From Macrostomum hystrix (taxonomy: Eukaryota > Animalia > Platyhelminthes), in the NCBI GenBank assembly GCA_950097015.1, contig CATNEN010000001.1:12090001-12154000 (forward strand): a stretch of 64,000 nucleotides of DNA, in the 5' to 3' direction. The stretch's first letter is position 1. Each line of letters starts with the position of its first letter. A program made the position numbers and the translations under genes. Shown here piece after piece: positions 1 through 12,744 of the stretch. Under the pieces are notes generated by a model. It did no database searches, was not told the DNA's origin, and was given only the letters and a program-made list of their open reading frames with translations.

Positions 1-344
1 AGCCAACTGGGATCAGGTTAAAAATGCTGATCAGTTTATTTGCTCCTTTCTGTCTCCCAAAATATTCAACCGATCGCCATGAAAATCCGGAACTCGGGCT
101 AGAATTTTCGCTCCATCTAATAAAACAAAGCATCGACACCGTCGGTATATTCAACGATTCCCTCTGGCTTTTTGATTGCCTGTCCATATAGGCTATTATT
201 CTTAGAATTGTATTGATTATATTGTTACTTATTTTACTTTTTAATCAATATGGATTTGCCAGAGCAATGTTACTTGTTGGACGGCTTTGAAAGTTTGTTA
301 AATCCTCAACTTAGACCCGTTTAATCCAAATCCTACTCGCTAAG

Positions 345-2543
345 GTGTCAAAAGACAAGCGCTTGTTCTACTCTCTCCTACCTGAGGCCTGCCTGGCTCA
401 CGCTATCTACCTGTGGGCTAACGATGTGGACTTCCAAAACCCAAGTAGCCTCACTCAGCTAGCTAGACCGCTGGCTGGTTTGCGGTTTCTGCTGAGACCA
501 CTGCTGGCCTGCACCGCCAATATTAGCGATTGTTAGTGACAAGCGGATCTTTCATCCATTTTAATTATCATTGTTACTATCTAGAATCGAGTGAATCTGT
601 GGGTGTGACAATTTAGAATCGAGTGAATCTGTAGGTGTGACAATTTAGAATCGAGTGAATCTCAAGGTGTAACAATTTAGAATAGAGTGAATCTCAAGGT
701 GTGACAATTTAGAATCGAGTGAATCTCAAGGTGTAACAATTTAGAATCGAGTGAATCTCAAGGTGTGACAATTTAGAATCGAGTGAATCTCAAGGTGTAA
801 CAATTTAGAATCGAGTGAATCTCAAGGTGTAACAATTTAGAATCGAGTGAATCTCAAGGTGTGACAATATAGAATCGAGTGAATCTCAAGGTGTAACAAT
901 TTAGAATCGAGTGAATCTGTAGGTGTGACAATTTAGAATCGAGTGAATCTGTAGGTGTGACAATTTAGAATCGAGTGAATATGAAGGTGTGACAATTTAG
1001 AATCGAGTGAATCTGTAGTAGGTGGGACAATTTAGAATCGAGTGAATCTCTAGGTGGGACAATTTAGAATCGAGTGAATCTGTAGGTGTGACAATTTAGA
1101 ATCGAGTGAATCTGAAGGTGTGACAATTTAGAATCGAGTGAATCTCAAGGTGTAACAATTTAGAATCGAGTGAATCTGTAGGTGTGACAATTTAGAATCG
1201 AGTGAATCTGTAGGTGTGACAATTTAGAATCGAGTGAATCTCAAGGTGTGACAATTTAGAATCGAGTGAATATGAAGGTGTGACAATTTAGAATCGAGTG
1301 AATCTGTAGTAGGTGGGACAATTTAGAATCGAGTGAATCTCTAGGTGGGACAATTTAGAATCGAGTGAATCTGTAGGTGTGACAATTTAGAATCGAGTGA
1401 ATCTGAAGGTGTGACAATTTAGAATCGAGTGAATCTCAAGGTGTGACAATTTAGAATCGAGTGAATATGAAGGTGTGACAATTTAGAATCGAGTGAATCT
1501 GTAGTAGGTGGGACAATTTAGAATCGAGTGAATCTCTAGGTGGGACAATTTAGAATCGAGTGAATCTGTAGGTGTGACAATTTAGAATCGAGTGAATCTG
1601 AAGGTGTGACAATTTAGAATCGAGTGAATCTCAAGGTGTGACAATTTAGAATCGAGTGAATATGAAGGTGTGACAATTTAGAATCGAGTGAATCTGTAGT
1701 AGGTGGGACAATTTAGAATCGAGTGAATATGAAGGTGGGACAATTTAGAATCGAGTGAATCTGTAGTAGGTGGGACAATTTAGAATCGAGTGAATCTCTA
1801 GGTGGGACAATTTAGAATCGAGTGAATCTGTAGGTGTGACAATTTAGAATCGAGTGAATCTGAAGGTGTGACAATTTAGAATCGAGTGAATCTCTAGGTG
1901 GGACAATTTAGAATTGAGTGAATCTCTAGGTGTGCCAAGAATGTACAAGTGTTTGACAGCCGCTCACTCCAACCTGCCAGCTGCTCTTGCCGGCGGTCAC
2001 AATTTCACCTGGCTGCGTCGCCTATTGGAAAAGATTCGCTCGGCCAGAGACTGTCGCCATCCGGACAGCGACCTGTCAGCCGCCCGACTGCGCGCAGTCG
2101 CTGATCTGACATTCGGCCTAGTGGCCACAATGTCCAGCCGGCTCACATTTGCTCAGCTGCCATTCGAGCCGCAGTTGCCAAAGAAACTATTCGTTTTCTT
2201 GTCGTCGTCTTCTTCCGGTGGCGGCAAAGTCTGGCCGGAGTTCGCCAGCCTGCCAGCTGAGCTTCGCTTTGGCTGGCCGCATTGTAAAGAGGCGCTCACT
2301 AGCGGCGTCTTGCCGGCGTGTCGTGTGCAGCAACAGCAGCAGCAGCAGCAGCGGGCGCGCAGGATTCGCGGCGGAAAGAAAAATCCCGAAGCAAGTGACG
2401 ACGAAGAAGAAAACAATTATTGCAGCGACTCTTCAAAATCGTCGATCTCTAAAGCATCGGCGCCGGAAAATCATCGCAACGAAGATCACTGTTCTGCTCA
2501 CAATGAGGCGGTGCCTAGAAAGCGGGTTCGCCATTCGAAATGA
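345..2543 (+). CDS. PDS5: Sister chromatid cohesion protein PDS5, last two coding exons (gene starts left of the window)
   Basis: Exon 345-531 (taAG acceptor, GTTAGT donor, phase 1) and exon 1960-2543 (gacAG acceptor, phase 1, TGA). LLPEACLAHAIYLWANDVDF..LRFLLRPLL and FTWLRRLLEKIRSARD..LRAVADLTFGLV..EPQLPKKLF resemble the PDS5 C-terminal segment as I recall it ([63 protein letters not shown]). A low-complexity basic/acidic tail follows. Confidence 0.8.
581..1935. repeat. 32-bp minisatellite filling the PDS5 intron
   Basis: About 40 tandem copies of TTTAGAATCGAGTGAATCTGTAGGTGTGACAA with recurring variants. Confidence 0.97.
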
Positions 2544-2699
2544 TTGATTTTCCTTTGACGATCCGCTGCGAGAATTAAGTTTTCGTCCTGTCTCAACACT
2601 CTTAGTAATATAGTAAGCGTTTTCATCATTTTTAGTAAACATCAATTCTAATATTGTTAGTTCACAATACTTTGATCTCTTGGTTCGCATAGGCACATA

Positions 2700-3432
2700 G
2701 TCTCAAGACCAACCCTAACCCACAATGTACAATGACTCAAGGCCAACCACCCAATGTACACTGGCTCAAGATCAACCCCAACCCACAATGTACAATGACT
2801 CAAGGCCAACCACCCAATGTACACTGGCTCAAGACCAACCCCAACCCGCAATGTACACTGGCTCAAGACCAACCCCAACCCGCAATGTACACTGGCTCAA
2901 GGCCAACCCCAACCCGGAATGTACACTGGCTCAAGACCAACCCCAACCCGCAATGTACACTGGCTCAAGACCAACCCCAACCCGGAATGTACACTGGCTC
3001 AAGGCCAACCCCAACCCGGAATGTACACTGGCTCAAGACCAACCCCAACCCGCAATGTACACTGGCTCAAGACCAACCCTAACCCGCAATGTACACTGGC
3101 TCAAGGCCAACCTCAACCCGGAATGTACACTGGCTCAAGGCCAACCCCAACCCGGAATGTACACTGGCTCAAGACCAACCCCAACCCGCAATGTACACTG
3201 GCTCAAGACCAACCCTAACCCGCAATGTACAATGACTCAAGGCCAACCACCCAATGTACACTGGCTCAAGACCAACCCTAACCCACAATGTACAATGACT
3301 CAAGGCCAGCCACCCAATGTACACTGGCTCAAGACCAACCCCAACCCGCAATGTACACTGGCTCAAGAACAAACCCTAACCCACAATGTACACTGGCTCA
3401 AGACCAACCCCAACGCCAAAGTACACTGGCTC
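2700..3432. repeat. ~34-bp minisatellite
   Basis: Tandem CAATGTACACTGGCTCAAGACCAACCCCAACCCG units. These account for the repetitive ORFs at 2725-3447. Confidence 0.95.
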
Positions 3433-4237
3433 TTAGCGAATTCTTAACTCTAAAGTACAAATTTTAAGATGCGCAGAAATATTTTTGTAGCTTTCAGTTT
3501 GCCAGAATTCTTTTTGAGTTCGTTTTTTTGCCGGCATTTTTCAGCTCACCGCGGCCATAATATGCCTGGTTGAGTTGCTTACAGCATTTTGTGTCAGCCA
3601 GGTTGTTGAATTTTTCATCTAATTTCGTGGCTTTTACGTATTTTTTATTCTTTGATTTATTGGAGCTTCCTGAAATTTTGAACTTCCTGTTTTGATGATT
3701 TTGTGCGCGCCATTCACTTCGGTTAACCCGACTGCTCTGAAGCTTGTTAATAAAGCAACATTTAATACAAACTCTGTTTTTTATTATGTTTAAAGGAGAA
3801 ATTCTTACTCTTTTGTTCCTTGTATCATTCTTTGACAACTGCGAGCTGTCAATCTTCTTCAACAACCAATCAGATCTATTCGACGCCTCGATAGAGATTT
3901 TTAAATAATGGCGAATTTTGTCCAAAAGATTGATTAACACAATGCCCAGATAAATATTTAACAGCTTTATCTGCCGTATCGCTTAGCAGTGTATTTTTAA
4001 CATTTTTGGGAGTGTTTCAAATGGGATTGACTAAGCAATTTCTTTAAGCAAATATGCAATTAGTTTTATCTAAAACAATGACTTTATAAGTATTAAGTAA
4101 GGCATATAACAAGTTTCTAGTATTTGTTTATCTACTTGAAACCTAAAAGGCTTCGTTATGTTTAGTACTTAAAATGTGAAATATCATATATAATTAGGTC
4201 ATTTATAGAAATACTATTATAAACGGACGTTTTGGAT

Positions 4238-4960
4238 ACTGTCTCATACTACTTATCTCATCAACTGTCTCATACTACTTATCTCATCAGCTGTCTCATA
4301 CTACTTATCTCATCAGCTGTCTCATACTACTTATCTCATCAGCTGTCTCATACTACTTATCTCATCAGCTGTCTCATACTACTTATCTCATCAGCTGTCT
4401 CATACTACTTATCTCATTATCTGTCTCATACTACTTATCTCATCAGCTGTCTCATACTACTTATCTCATCAGCTGTCTCATACTACTTATCTCATTATCT
4501 GTCTCATACTACTTATCTCATCAGCTGTCTCATACTACTTATCTCATCAGCTGTCTCATACTACTTATCTCATTATCTGTCTCATACTACTTATCTCATC
4601 AACTGTCTCATACTACTTATCTCATCAGCTGTCTCATACTACTTATCTCATCAGCTGTCTCATACTACTTATCTCATAAGCTGTCTCATCCCCATATCTG
4701 ATCAGCTGTCTCATCCCCATATCTGATCAGCTGTCTCATCCCCATATCTGATCAGCTGTCTCATCCCCTTATCTCAATAACTGTCTCATCCCCATATCTT
4801 TTTAACTGTCTCATACTACTTATCTCACCAGCTGTCTCATCCCCTTATCTGATCACCTGTCTCATCCCCATATCTGATCAGCTGTCTCATCCCCATATCT
4901 GATCAGCTGTCTCATCCCCATATCTGATCAGCTGTCTCATCCCCTTATCTCATCAACTGT
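4238..4960. repeat. ~26-bp minisatellite
   Basis: Tandem CTGTCTCATACTACTTATCTCATCAG, grading into a CTGTCTCATCCCCATATCTGATCAG variant. Confidence 0.95.
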
Positions 4961-5063
4961 CTTTATATTCTCAACTGTTAACTCAAATCATTTGACATCC
5001 AGTGACCGGCAATGCTTCAGTTTTCACCATGCCTGTTTTGAAGTTTTTGAAATAATGTTTGTT

Positions 5064-8000
5064 CTAAATCGCTGGCAGCAGTCGCTCCATGGGTACAATG
5101 GCCAGTATGTCGCTGGAGTTTTTAGCTAACTTCTCAACCAGCACAACTACTAGGCTGTGATTGGCTGGTTCTGGCAACATGCCAGTTGACACGGCTCGCG
5201 ATGTGGCGTAGCTCAATCGTGACTGCGCCTCCAGGAGCCAGTCATCGAGGGCCGGTTCTGGTATTAGGGATGGCAGTTGGATGGCTTGAGTGACTCTAAT
5301 TGATCGTCACTCTAATTATCATTAATTTGCATTTTCGCCACTTTAATCGGCCTTCTAGTCACTCTAATTATCACTCTTGTCACTCTAATTATCACTCTAG
5401 GCACTATAATTATCACTCTAGTCACTCTAATTATCGCTCTAGTCACTCTAATTATCACTCTTGTCACTCTAATTATCACTCTAGGCACTCTAATTATCAC
5501 TCTTGTCACTCTAATTATTGCTCTAGTCACTCTAATTATCACTCTTGTCACTCTAATTAGTCACTCCTTAAACAAAAATCTTTCTTTTCACTCCTCTTGA
5601 CGCCAGTCTGTTCACTCTGGCCCTTCTCGGCGCACTCACTGTCGTAGATCAGCGGATGCAGGCCGTACCAGAGGTTCAGTCCTCGACAGACGGCCTCATT
5701 GCTGCAGACGCAAATCACAGGGCAGGGGGGACGGCACATTGCTGCCAGGCGGGGGAGGGCAGCGTGATTGGTGGCCACCAGGATGGCAACTGCACGGCAA
5801 CGCAGAGCAGCTTCGCAGGCGGCCAATGCGCTGCTCTGCAAGGGATCGGCTGGGAGTTGAATCAGAGCTTTACCGACTTTATACTCTTGCTGCTGCTGCT
5901 GCGGCATCCAGCTGAACCCATGCCGACGCAACTGTTGCCAATGCTGACCGGACTTCAGATTTGATTCAGCTTCGCGACAGATCTACAGGATTAGGTTGTT
6001 CGATTTGGGTGATCACCTGTTAGACACCACAGTTACACATGTTAGACACTGTCTGCACAGTCACACCTGTTAGACGCCACAATCACACCTGTTAGACACA
6101 CCTGTTAGACGAACCTGTTAGACACACCTGTTAGACGAAGCTGTTAGACACGCCTGTTAGACGAACCTGTTAGACACACCTATTAGGCACCATAGTCACA
6201 CTTGTTAGACACTACGGTCATACCTGCGAGAAACACACACCTGTTAGACACATCTGTTATATACCGCACAGTCATACCTGTTAGACACATCTTTTAGACA
6301 CCACAGTCACACCTGTTAGACACCGCAGTCACACCTGTTAGACACCGCACAGTCACACCTGTTAGACACCGCACAGTCATACCTGTTAGACACTAACGCA
6401 ATTCGTCACTGACCTTGGCCAGAGTTCTGACCGCCTCAACCGGATAGCGACCCACCGCGGTCTCGCCGGACAACATCAGGCAGTCGGCGCCGTCAATAAC
6501 GGCGTTAGCGACATCTGACGCCTCCGCTCTGGTTGGCCCCGACTTGGTCAGCATGCTGTCCAGCAGGTGGGTTGCGCATATGGACGCTTTGGCCGAAGTG
6601 CTGCAGATTGCTATGATCCGCTTCTGTGCCGCGAACACCTTTGAGTTTTTAATGGGCTCGGCTAATTAGACTCGAATATTGGCAACTCTTTATTTTATTC
6701 TCCTCACCTTGCACTCTCTTTCTCACTCTATCAGACTGTCCCTGCGTCCCAACCTCCTGTGTTTATCTCTGGCTCCAACTCTCTCCTTCCCTCACTACCA
6801 CCCTTTCTCTCTCCCTTTCTTTCTCCCTTTCTCTCTCCCTTTCTTTCTTTCTCTCTCCCTTTCTCTCGCCCTTTCTCTCTTTCTCTCTCTCTCTTTCTCT
6901 CTCCCTTTCTCTCTCCCTTTCTCCCTTTCTCTCTCCCTTTCTTTCTCCCTTTCTTTCTCTCTCCCTTTCTCTCTCCCTTTCTCCCTTTCTCTCTCCCTTT
7001 CTCTCTCCCTTTCTTTCTCTCTCCCTTTCTCTCTCCCTTTCTCTCTCCCTTTCTCCCTTTCTCTCTCCCTTTCTCTCTCCCTTTCTTTCTCTCTCCCTTC
7101 CTCTCTCCCTTTCTTTCTCTCTCCCTCTCTCCCTTTCTCTCTTCCTCTCTCCCTTTCTCCCTGTCTCCCTCTCTCCCTTTCTCTCTCCCTTTCTCTCTTC
7201 CTTTCTCCCTTTCTCTCTTTCTCTCTCCCTCTCGCCCTTTCTCCCTCTCTCCCTTTCTCCCTCTCTCCCTCTCGCCCTTTCTCTCTCCCCCTTTCTCCCT
7301 CTCTCCCTCTTTCCCTTTCTCTCTCCCTCTCTCCCTCTCTCCCTTTCTCTCTTTCTCTCTCTCCCTTTCTCTCTCCCTTTCTCTCTCTCCCTCTATCTCC
7401 CTTTCTGTCTGTCTCCCCATTCTGTACCCTCTAATCTCCAACCGTTACTCCCACTCACTTTTCATTGTAAATCTAGTAAGCTCGCGATATCGCCTAACCT
7501 CTCTCTACCCTTCCACCTTTTTAAAAAATGTTGATACCTTCTATTGCACCAGCGAGCTATTTCACAAAACAATCCTTTCTGAAAGACAGAAATGTTTGTG
7601 CAACCTAGCAGTTGATCATTAGCGTGATTTTCTAAAATGATCTACAGCTAACCTACTGCTGGAAAATGCAATCAATTAGTCGATCCAAAAAATACAACAA
7701 TGCTGATCTTACAGCATGGGCCTAATGAATTTTTTGCTAGATCCGTGTTTAAAATAGTCAATTGGAAAAAAACTCAAACCTATGTTGCATTATTCTGTTT
7801 TGCGAAAAATGATTCCTAGAAAACATTTCTTCTAGTTAAATGCTTGTTTTTTTTAATGCATGCCGTATTATTTGTACCGTACAACCTAAACACTTAGTCA
7901 ATCTAACTATGCGAGTATGCTTCCTGTACTTGCAGCTAATCCAAAAAAAATATTGTCCAAAATCAATGTCTAACATTGTCTAACATCTTGTCTAACATCT

Positions 8001-10274
8001 AGCATCTCGTACGATAACAGCCTGTCGAACACCTACTTGAACAGCCTGTCTAACATGTACTAGAACAGCCTGTCTAACATCTGCTAGAACAGCCTCTCTA
8101 ACATCTACTTGAACAGCCTGTCTAACATCTACTTGAACAGCCTGTCTAACATCTACTCGAACAGCCTGGTCTAACAACTACTTGAACAGCCTGTCTAACA
8201 TCTACTTGAACAGTCTATCTAACAACTACTTGAACAGCCTGTCTAAAATCTACTCGAACAGCCTGGTCTAACAACTACTTGAACAGCCTGTCTAACATCT
8301 ACTTGAACAGCCTGTCTAACATCTACTTGAACAGCCTGTCTAACATCTACTTGAACAGCCTGTCTAACATCTACTTGAACAGCCTGTCTAACATCTACTT
8401 GAACAGCCTGGTCTAACATCTACTTGAACAGCCTGTCTAACATCTACTTGAACAGCCTGTCTAACAACTACTTAAACAGCCTGTCTAACATCTACTTGAA
8501 CAGTCTGTCTAACAACTACTTGAACAGCCTGTCTAACATCTACTTAAACAGCCTGTCTAACAACTACTTGAACAGCCTGTCTAACAACTACTTGAACAGC
8601 CTGTCTAACAACTACTTGAACAGCCTGTCTAACATCTACTTGAACAGCCTGTCTAACAACTACTAGAACAGCCTGTCTAACATCTACTTGAACAGCCTGT
8701 CTAACAACTACTAGAACAGCCTGTCTAACAACTACTTGAACAGCCTGTCTAACATCTACTTGAACAGCCTGTCTAACATCTACTTGAACAGCCTGGTCTA
8801 ACATCTACTTGAACAGCCTGTCTAACATCTACTTGAACAGCCTGTCTAACATCTACTTGAACAGTCTGTCTAACATCTACTTGAACAGCCTGTCTAACAT
8901 CTACTTGAACAGCCTGTCTAAAATCTACTCGAACAGCCTGGTCTAACAACTACTTGAACAGCCTGTCTAACATCTACTTGAACAGCCTGTCTAACATCTA
9001 CTTGAACAGCCTGTCTAACATCTACTTGAACAGTCTGTCTAACATCTACTAGAACAGCCTGTCTAACATCTACTTGAACAGCCTGTCTAACATCTACTTG
9101 AACAGCCTGTCTAACATCTACTTGAACAGCCTGTCTAACAACTACTTGAACAGCCTGTCTAACAACTACTTGAACAGCCTGTCTAACGTCTACTTGAACA
9201 GCCTGTCTAACATCTACTAGAACAGCCTGTCTAACATCTACTTGAACAGCTTGTCTAACATCTCCAGTTACAAAACATTCTAGACAATCCTACTCAAACT
9301 GAGTCTCCAACCGCGTCAAACCAACAGACCTTCTCCTGCCGCAGCTCAGATCCCAGATCGCCCCTTGCCACCAGGACACCGTCAGCCTCCTGCAGGATCT
9401 CCTCCAAGGCCCGCAGTCCCCTGAGGTCCCCGATCTTCGCCACAATCAGTGGCTCCGGCCTGCCAGCCACTGTAGCCGCCGCTCTCAACCGTCGGACAGT
9501 CTCCGGGTTGCGAACAAAAGACGCCATGACAATGCCGACTCGCGCGGCGCCGTCTGTATTGTCCGAACACAACGCCTGAATGTCCTTGAGATCCTGCTGG
9601 TCAATCTCCGGCAGTCTGGTGTCCAGGCCTGGTAGGCAGACGCTCTTACCGCCGCCCAAACGTCCACCAACAATCACCAGACAGTCTACAGTCGATGTCG
9701 ACGCTTTCGAATCTTCCACTTGCAGTTCTAGCAAGCCGTCGTCAATGTAAACAACCTGACCCGGCCGCGCGAGTTTAGCAAAATCCGCGAAATTGATCCA
9801 CAAACGCTGGGGCGTTATCGGCTTGTTGACACCCGCTGGAGAACAGTCGATGGTTACACGGCTGCCGGTTTCTATAGTAACCGTTTCATTGAGCTGATCC
9901 TTGGCTGTGAGCAGTCCGGTGCGTATCTCCGAGCCTCTGGTGTCCACTGCCACAGCCACGGGTCGCGGCCAACCGCAAGACTCGCTCGTCAGCTCGCCTA
10001 CCTCGCGAAGCTGCTTCTCTGCCTCAGCGATAAGCTTCAGCGAGTGCAGATGGTCGGCCAGGGTGCCGTGCGAGAGGTTCAGACGAGCGATGCCCATTCC
10101 TGCGGCGATCATCTGGGCGATGACAGCTGGCTTCAAGCTAGCCGGGCCCAGGGTGCACATGATTCCAGTGCCGGTGGTGCGGCCGGCAGGTTTGTCAATG
10201 CTCAGTTGGCAGAGGCGCTGAAGGGCGGACATGGCCAGACCAGTGCTCGATTGTGTCACCTTTTTATTCGACAT
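5064..10274 (-). CDS. Pyruvate kinase-like protein (~568 aa, 4 exons), divergent at catalytic and allosteric sites
   Basis: Exons 10274-9330, 6638-6414, 5982-5640 and 5257-5064, all GT-AG and phase-compatible (0,0,1). PK motifs: [88 protein letters not shown]. Confidence 0.9.
5290..5566. repeat. 21-bp minisatellite in PK intron 3
   Basis: Tandem CACTCTAATTATCACTCTAGT units. Confidence 0.9.
6013..6393. repeat. Degenerate CACCTGTTAGACA-core repeat in PK intron 2
   Basis: More than 15 copies of the ACACCTGTTAGAC core with variable spacing. Confidence 0.9.
6779..7420. repeat. Polypyrimidine (CT/CTTT/CCCT) simple repeat in PK intron 1
   Basis: About 640 bp almost entirely C/T on the + strand. 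Confidence 0.95.
7968..9262. repeat. 24-bp minisatellite in PK intron 1
   Basis: About 50 copies of CTACTTGAACAGCCTGTCTAACAT. Confidence 0.97.
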
Positions 10275-10469
10275 TATCCGTTTATTGTCAGGTTTTACAA
10301 GCGAAGAATTGTGGACTCGCGAGAATCGGATTCTATATTTTTCATGACAACTCAGTTTGAGCTGTCTTCGATTTGGGCCATAGACAGGAGCAAGTTTTGA
10401 AATTTGCTCTACTTTTTAATCTTCGAGTTAGCATCATAAAGTGTCCAATAAAATTTGCAACATATATTA

Positions 10470-10883
10470 GCACTTATTCTTTCGAGTATTATGATTGAAG
10501 TCGGGACCCTTGTTGATGACGAGTTCACGGTACTTGCTGACAACGCCAGGGCACATGGAGTCGTGAATTTTGGGCGTCCTGACCAAAGGCTTCAGTTTCT
10601 TCCAACTTTCTCGCCTTTCTTGAACGCCACTGAAATGACAATTTCTTGCATGAAGGCGGCCCTGAAACGGCGCATGACCGACCCTGAAGTTGTCTTTGAA
10701 GTGCATGATCGTCAGGCGGCTGTAGCAGCAGGTGAGACACTTCAGAACCGGCGTCTTCGCATTTTGAGTCGAGAAGTGGAAGCTGCGATGGTTGCGATCA
10801 CGGAGGAGAAATGCCGACAATGGCACGAATTCACACTTCGGTACGGACCGCGGTGTCTGGCACACGGAGACATTTCGGACTGA
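10470..10883 (+). mobile_element. Tc1/mariner-IS630 transposase, C-terminal fragment
   Basis: VLADNARAH...LQFLPTFSPFLNATE..SCMKAALKR matches the second D and the LPPYSPxLNPIE motif of IS630/Tc1 DDE domains. The tail ITEEKCRQWHEFTLRYGPRCL is also typical. The N-terminal half is absent. Confidence 0.8.
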
Positions 10884-11156
10884 CTACAGTGTGTTAACCT
10901 GTTCAAGCGACTTTAAAGCGTGATTTTAAGCGTCTGTTTTCCTGTTTTGTTTGTTTAGTTGCTGTTTTACTTCACGATTGACAATATATACTGGTTGCAC
11001 TGACGAATTTCACTTACTTTGACGAATTCGAAGTCACTTTCTCGAAAGAAATTACAATAGACACCCCTTCTCGTTCCCTTGAGCGCTCTATAGTTTTATA
11101 TAGGCTGACGAATTCGAAGTCACTTTTGACGAATCCGAAGTTGAAAAGGTATATTT

Positions 11157-11337
11157 GCAGTAGGGCTGCAGGCTAAGGCATATCCTTTGGTGACACTAGA
11201 CCCGCAGCCAGCGAGGAGGCAATTCTGCCCATTTCGCTGACTCCTGAGCACACACTCACACAGATACTGTACGCAGGCACACGCTCACACAGGTGTGTAC
11301 ATCTGCCCTGACTTTCTCATCGTCAGGCAGTTTATAC
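11157..11337 (-). mobile_element. SINE family 1, 3' fragment
   Basis: Near-identical to 19337-19517 (GGGCTGCAGGC..TTTGGTGACACTAGACCCGCA..GAGGAGGCAATTCTG..GTACATCTGCCCTGACTTTCTCAT). Confidence 0.75.
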
Positions 11338-11729
11338 CTTCTAGCTTCTTTAGTCTCCGTTATCCAAACTATATGTCACATGATCACAAGTTTCTCTGAT
11401 AAAGAAAGCTATTTATCAAAGAGATTTTTATTAGCCTATATTGGTTTGTCTTGCTGCTTTTTCTCATCAGAGAAGATAAGTTAGCTTACAAAGTAAAGTC
11501 ATTCGCCTTAGACCCCTGCAACAAACTATTGATTATGGGCTTACTTATGCAGCTTCATCAATGCTATGATGATCCTTCACAGAAACCACTTGTAGAACAC
11601 CGCGTTGCACTTTATATGTACTTGTAACTGTCAGCAAGAGTACACACACTATTGGAGTCTATTATAACTTCACAGTTTCTAACGATACACTTGTAAGTGT
11701 ATAATCTAGCTCAGAGTCACTATACACAA

Positions 11730-12270
11730 GGTCAGCGTCTATGGCCGAGTCCTTCTTTAGTTCAGTGTCCATGGCACAGTCCTTCTTTAGCTCAGTGTCT
11801 TTGGCCCAGTCCTTCAATATTTCAGCGTCTATGGCCCAGTCCTTCAGTTCAGCGTCTGTGGCCCAGTCCTTCATTAGTTCAGCGTCTATGGCCCAGTCCT
11901 TCAGTAGCTCAGCGTCTATGGCCAAGCCCTTCAGTATTTTAGTGTCTCTGGCCCAGTCCTTCAGTATTTCAGTGTCGATGGCCCAGTCCTTCTTTAGTTC
12001 AGTGTCTATGGCGCAGTCCGTCTTTAGTTCAGTGTCTATGGACCAGTCCTTCAGGACTTCAGTGTCTAGTCTCCAGTCCTTCAGGACTTCAGTGTCTAGT
12101 CCCCAGTACTTCAGTACATCAGTGTCTAGTCCCAGTCATTCAGTTACCCAGCGTCTATGGCCCATTCCTTCATTAGTTCAGCGTCTATGGCCCAGCCTTC
12201 AGTAGGTCAGTGTCTATCGCCCAGTCCATCAGTATGTTAGTGTCTATTGCCCAGTCCTTCTGTAGTTCAA
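11730..12270 (+). repeat. 30-bp repeat array 1 (degenerate)
   Basis: TCAGTGTCTATGGCCCAGTCCTTCAGTAGT-type units. Confidence 0.92.
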
Positions 12271-12744
12271 TGCTAATTCCCCAGAACTCACCATGCAAAA
12301 ATACACTCGTTTTTCTATCTACAGCCCTCACATAAACATCTTTTTTATCCTAGTAGTGATTCGGTTATTTACTCATTTTACTTGTTTACTAGTTTTCCTA
12401 GCCGTGAAAATGTCGGACTCACACATTGGGAACTAGTAAGTCAATTGCTTCCCAGCCGGAGCCCATAATTGAATTGCCTGACGTGGAAGCAGAGAAAGGA
12501 TTAGGACGAGCGAGACCCCAGCCGCAAAGGAAACTCACTCAAAGGAAACTCCCTGACCCAGATAGAATTATCCGAACGAAAGAAATTCCAGGAAACCAGC
12601 TACAACAGAGTTTTGAAACCTCAACTGGCATATTTTCCTTGTTCACTAACACTATAAGCTCTACATGTAGTGAATTGTAACTTCACTGAATCTAATGGAT
12701 GAGTGTGACTTTAAGCACTTTTAAGTGTATAAGCTAGCTTAGAG

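Noticed and set aside
581-1935. CRISPR-like appearance of the 32-bp array (and the 83-bp array at 57005)
   Set aside because: Units are contiguous with no unique spacers, there are no cas genes, and the context is eukaryotic.
3494-3940. 148-aa Lys/Asn-rich ORF on the minus strand
   Set aside because: AT-rich, non-ATG start, no recognisable motif, and codon style unlike the real exons here.
2725-4726. Repetitive ORFs at 2725-3447 and 4232-4726
   Set aside because: Translations of minisatellites whose unit length is not a multiple of 3, cycling through frames.
6679-7622. Long Ser/Leu/Pro/Phe and Arg/Glu/Lys/Gly ORFs (also 20674-21864)
   Set aside because: Stop-free translations of purine/pyrimidine simple repeats inside introns.
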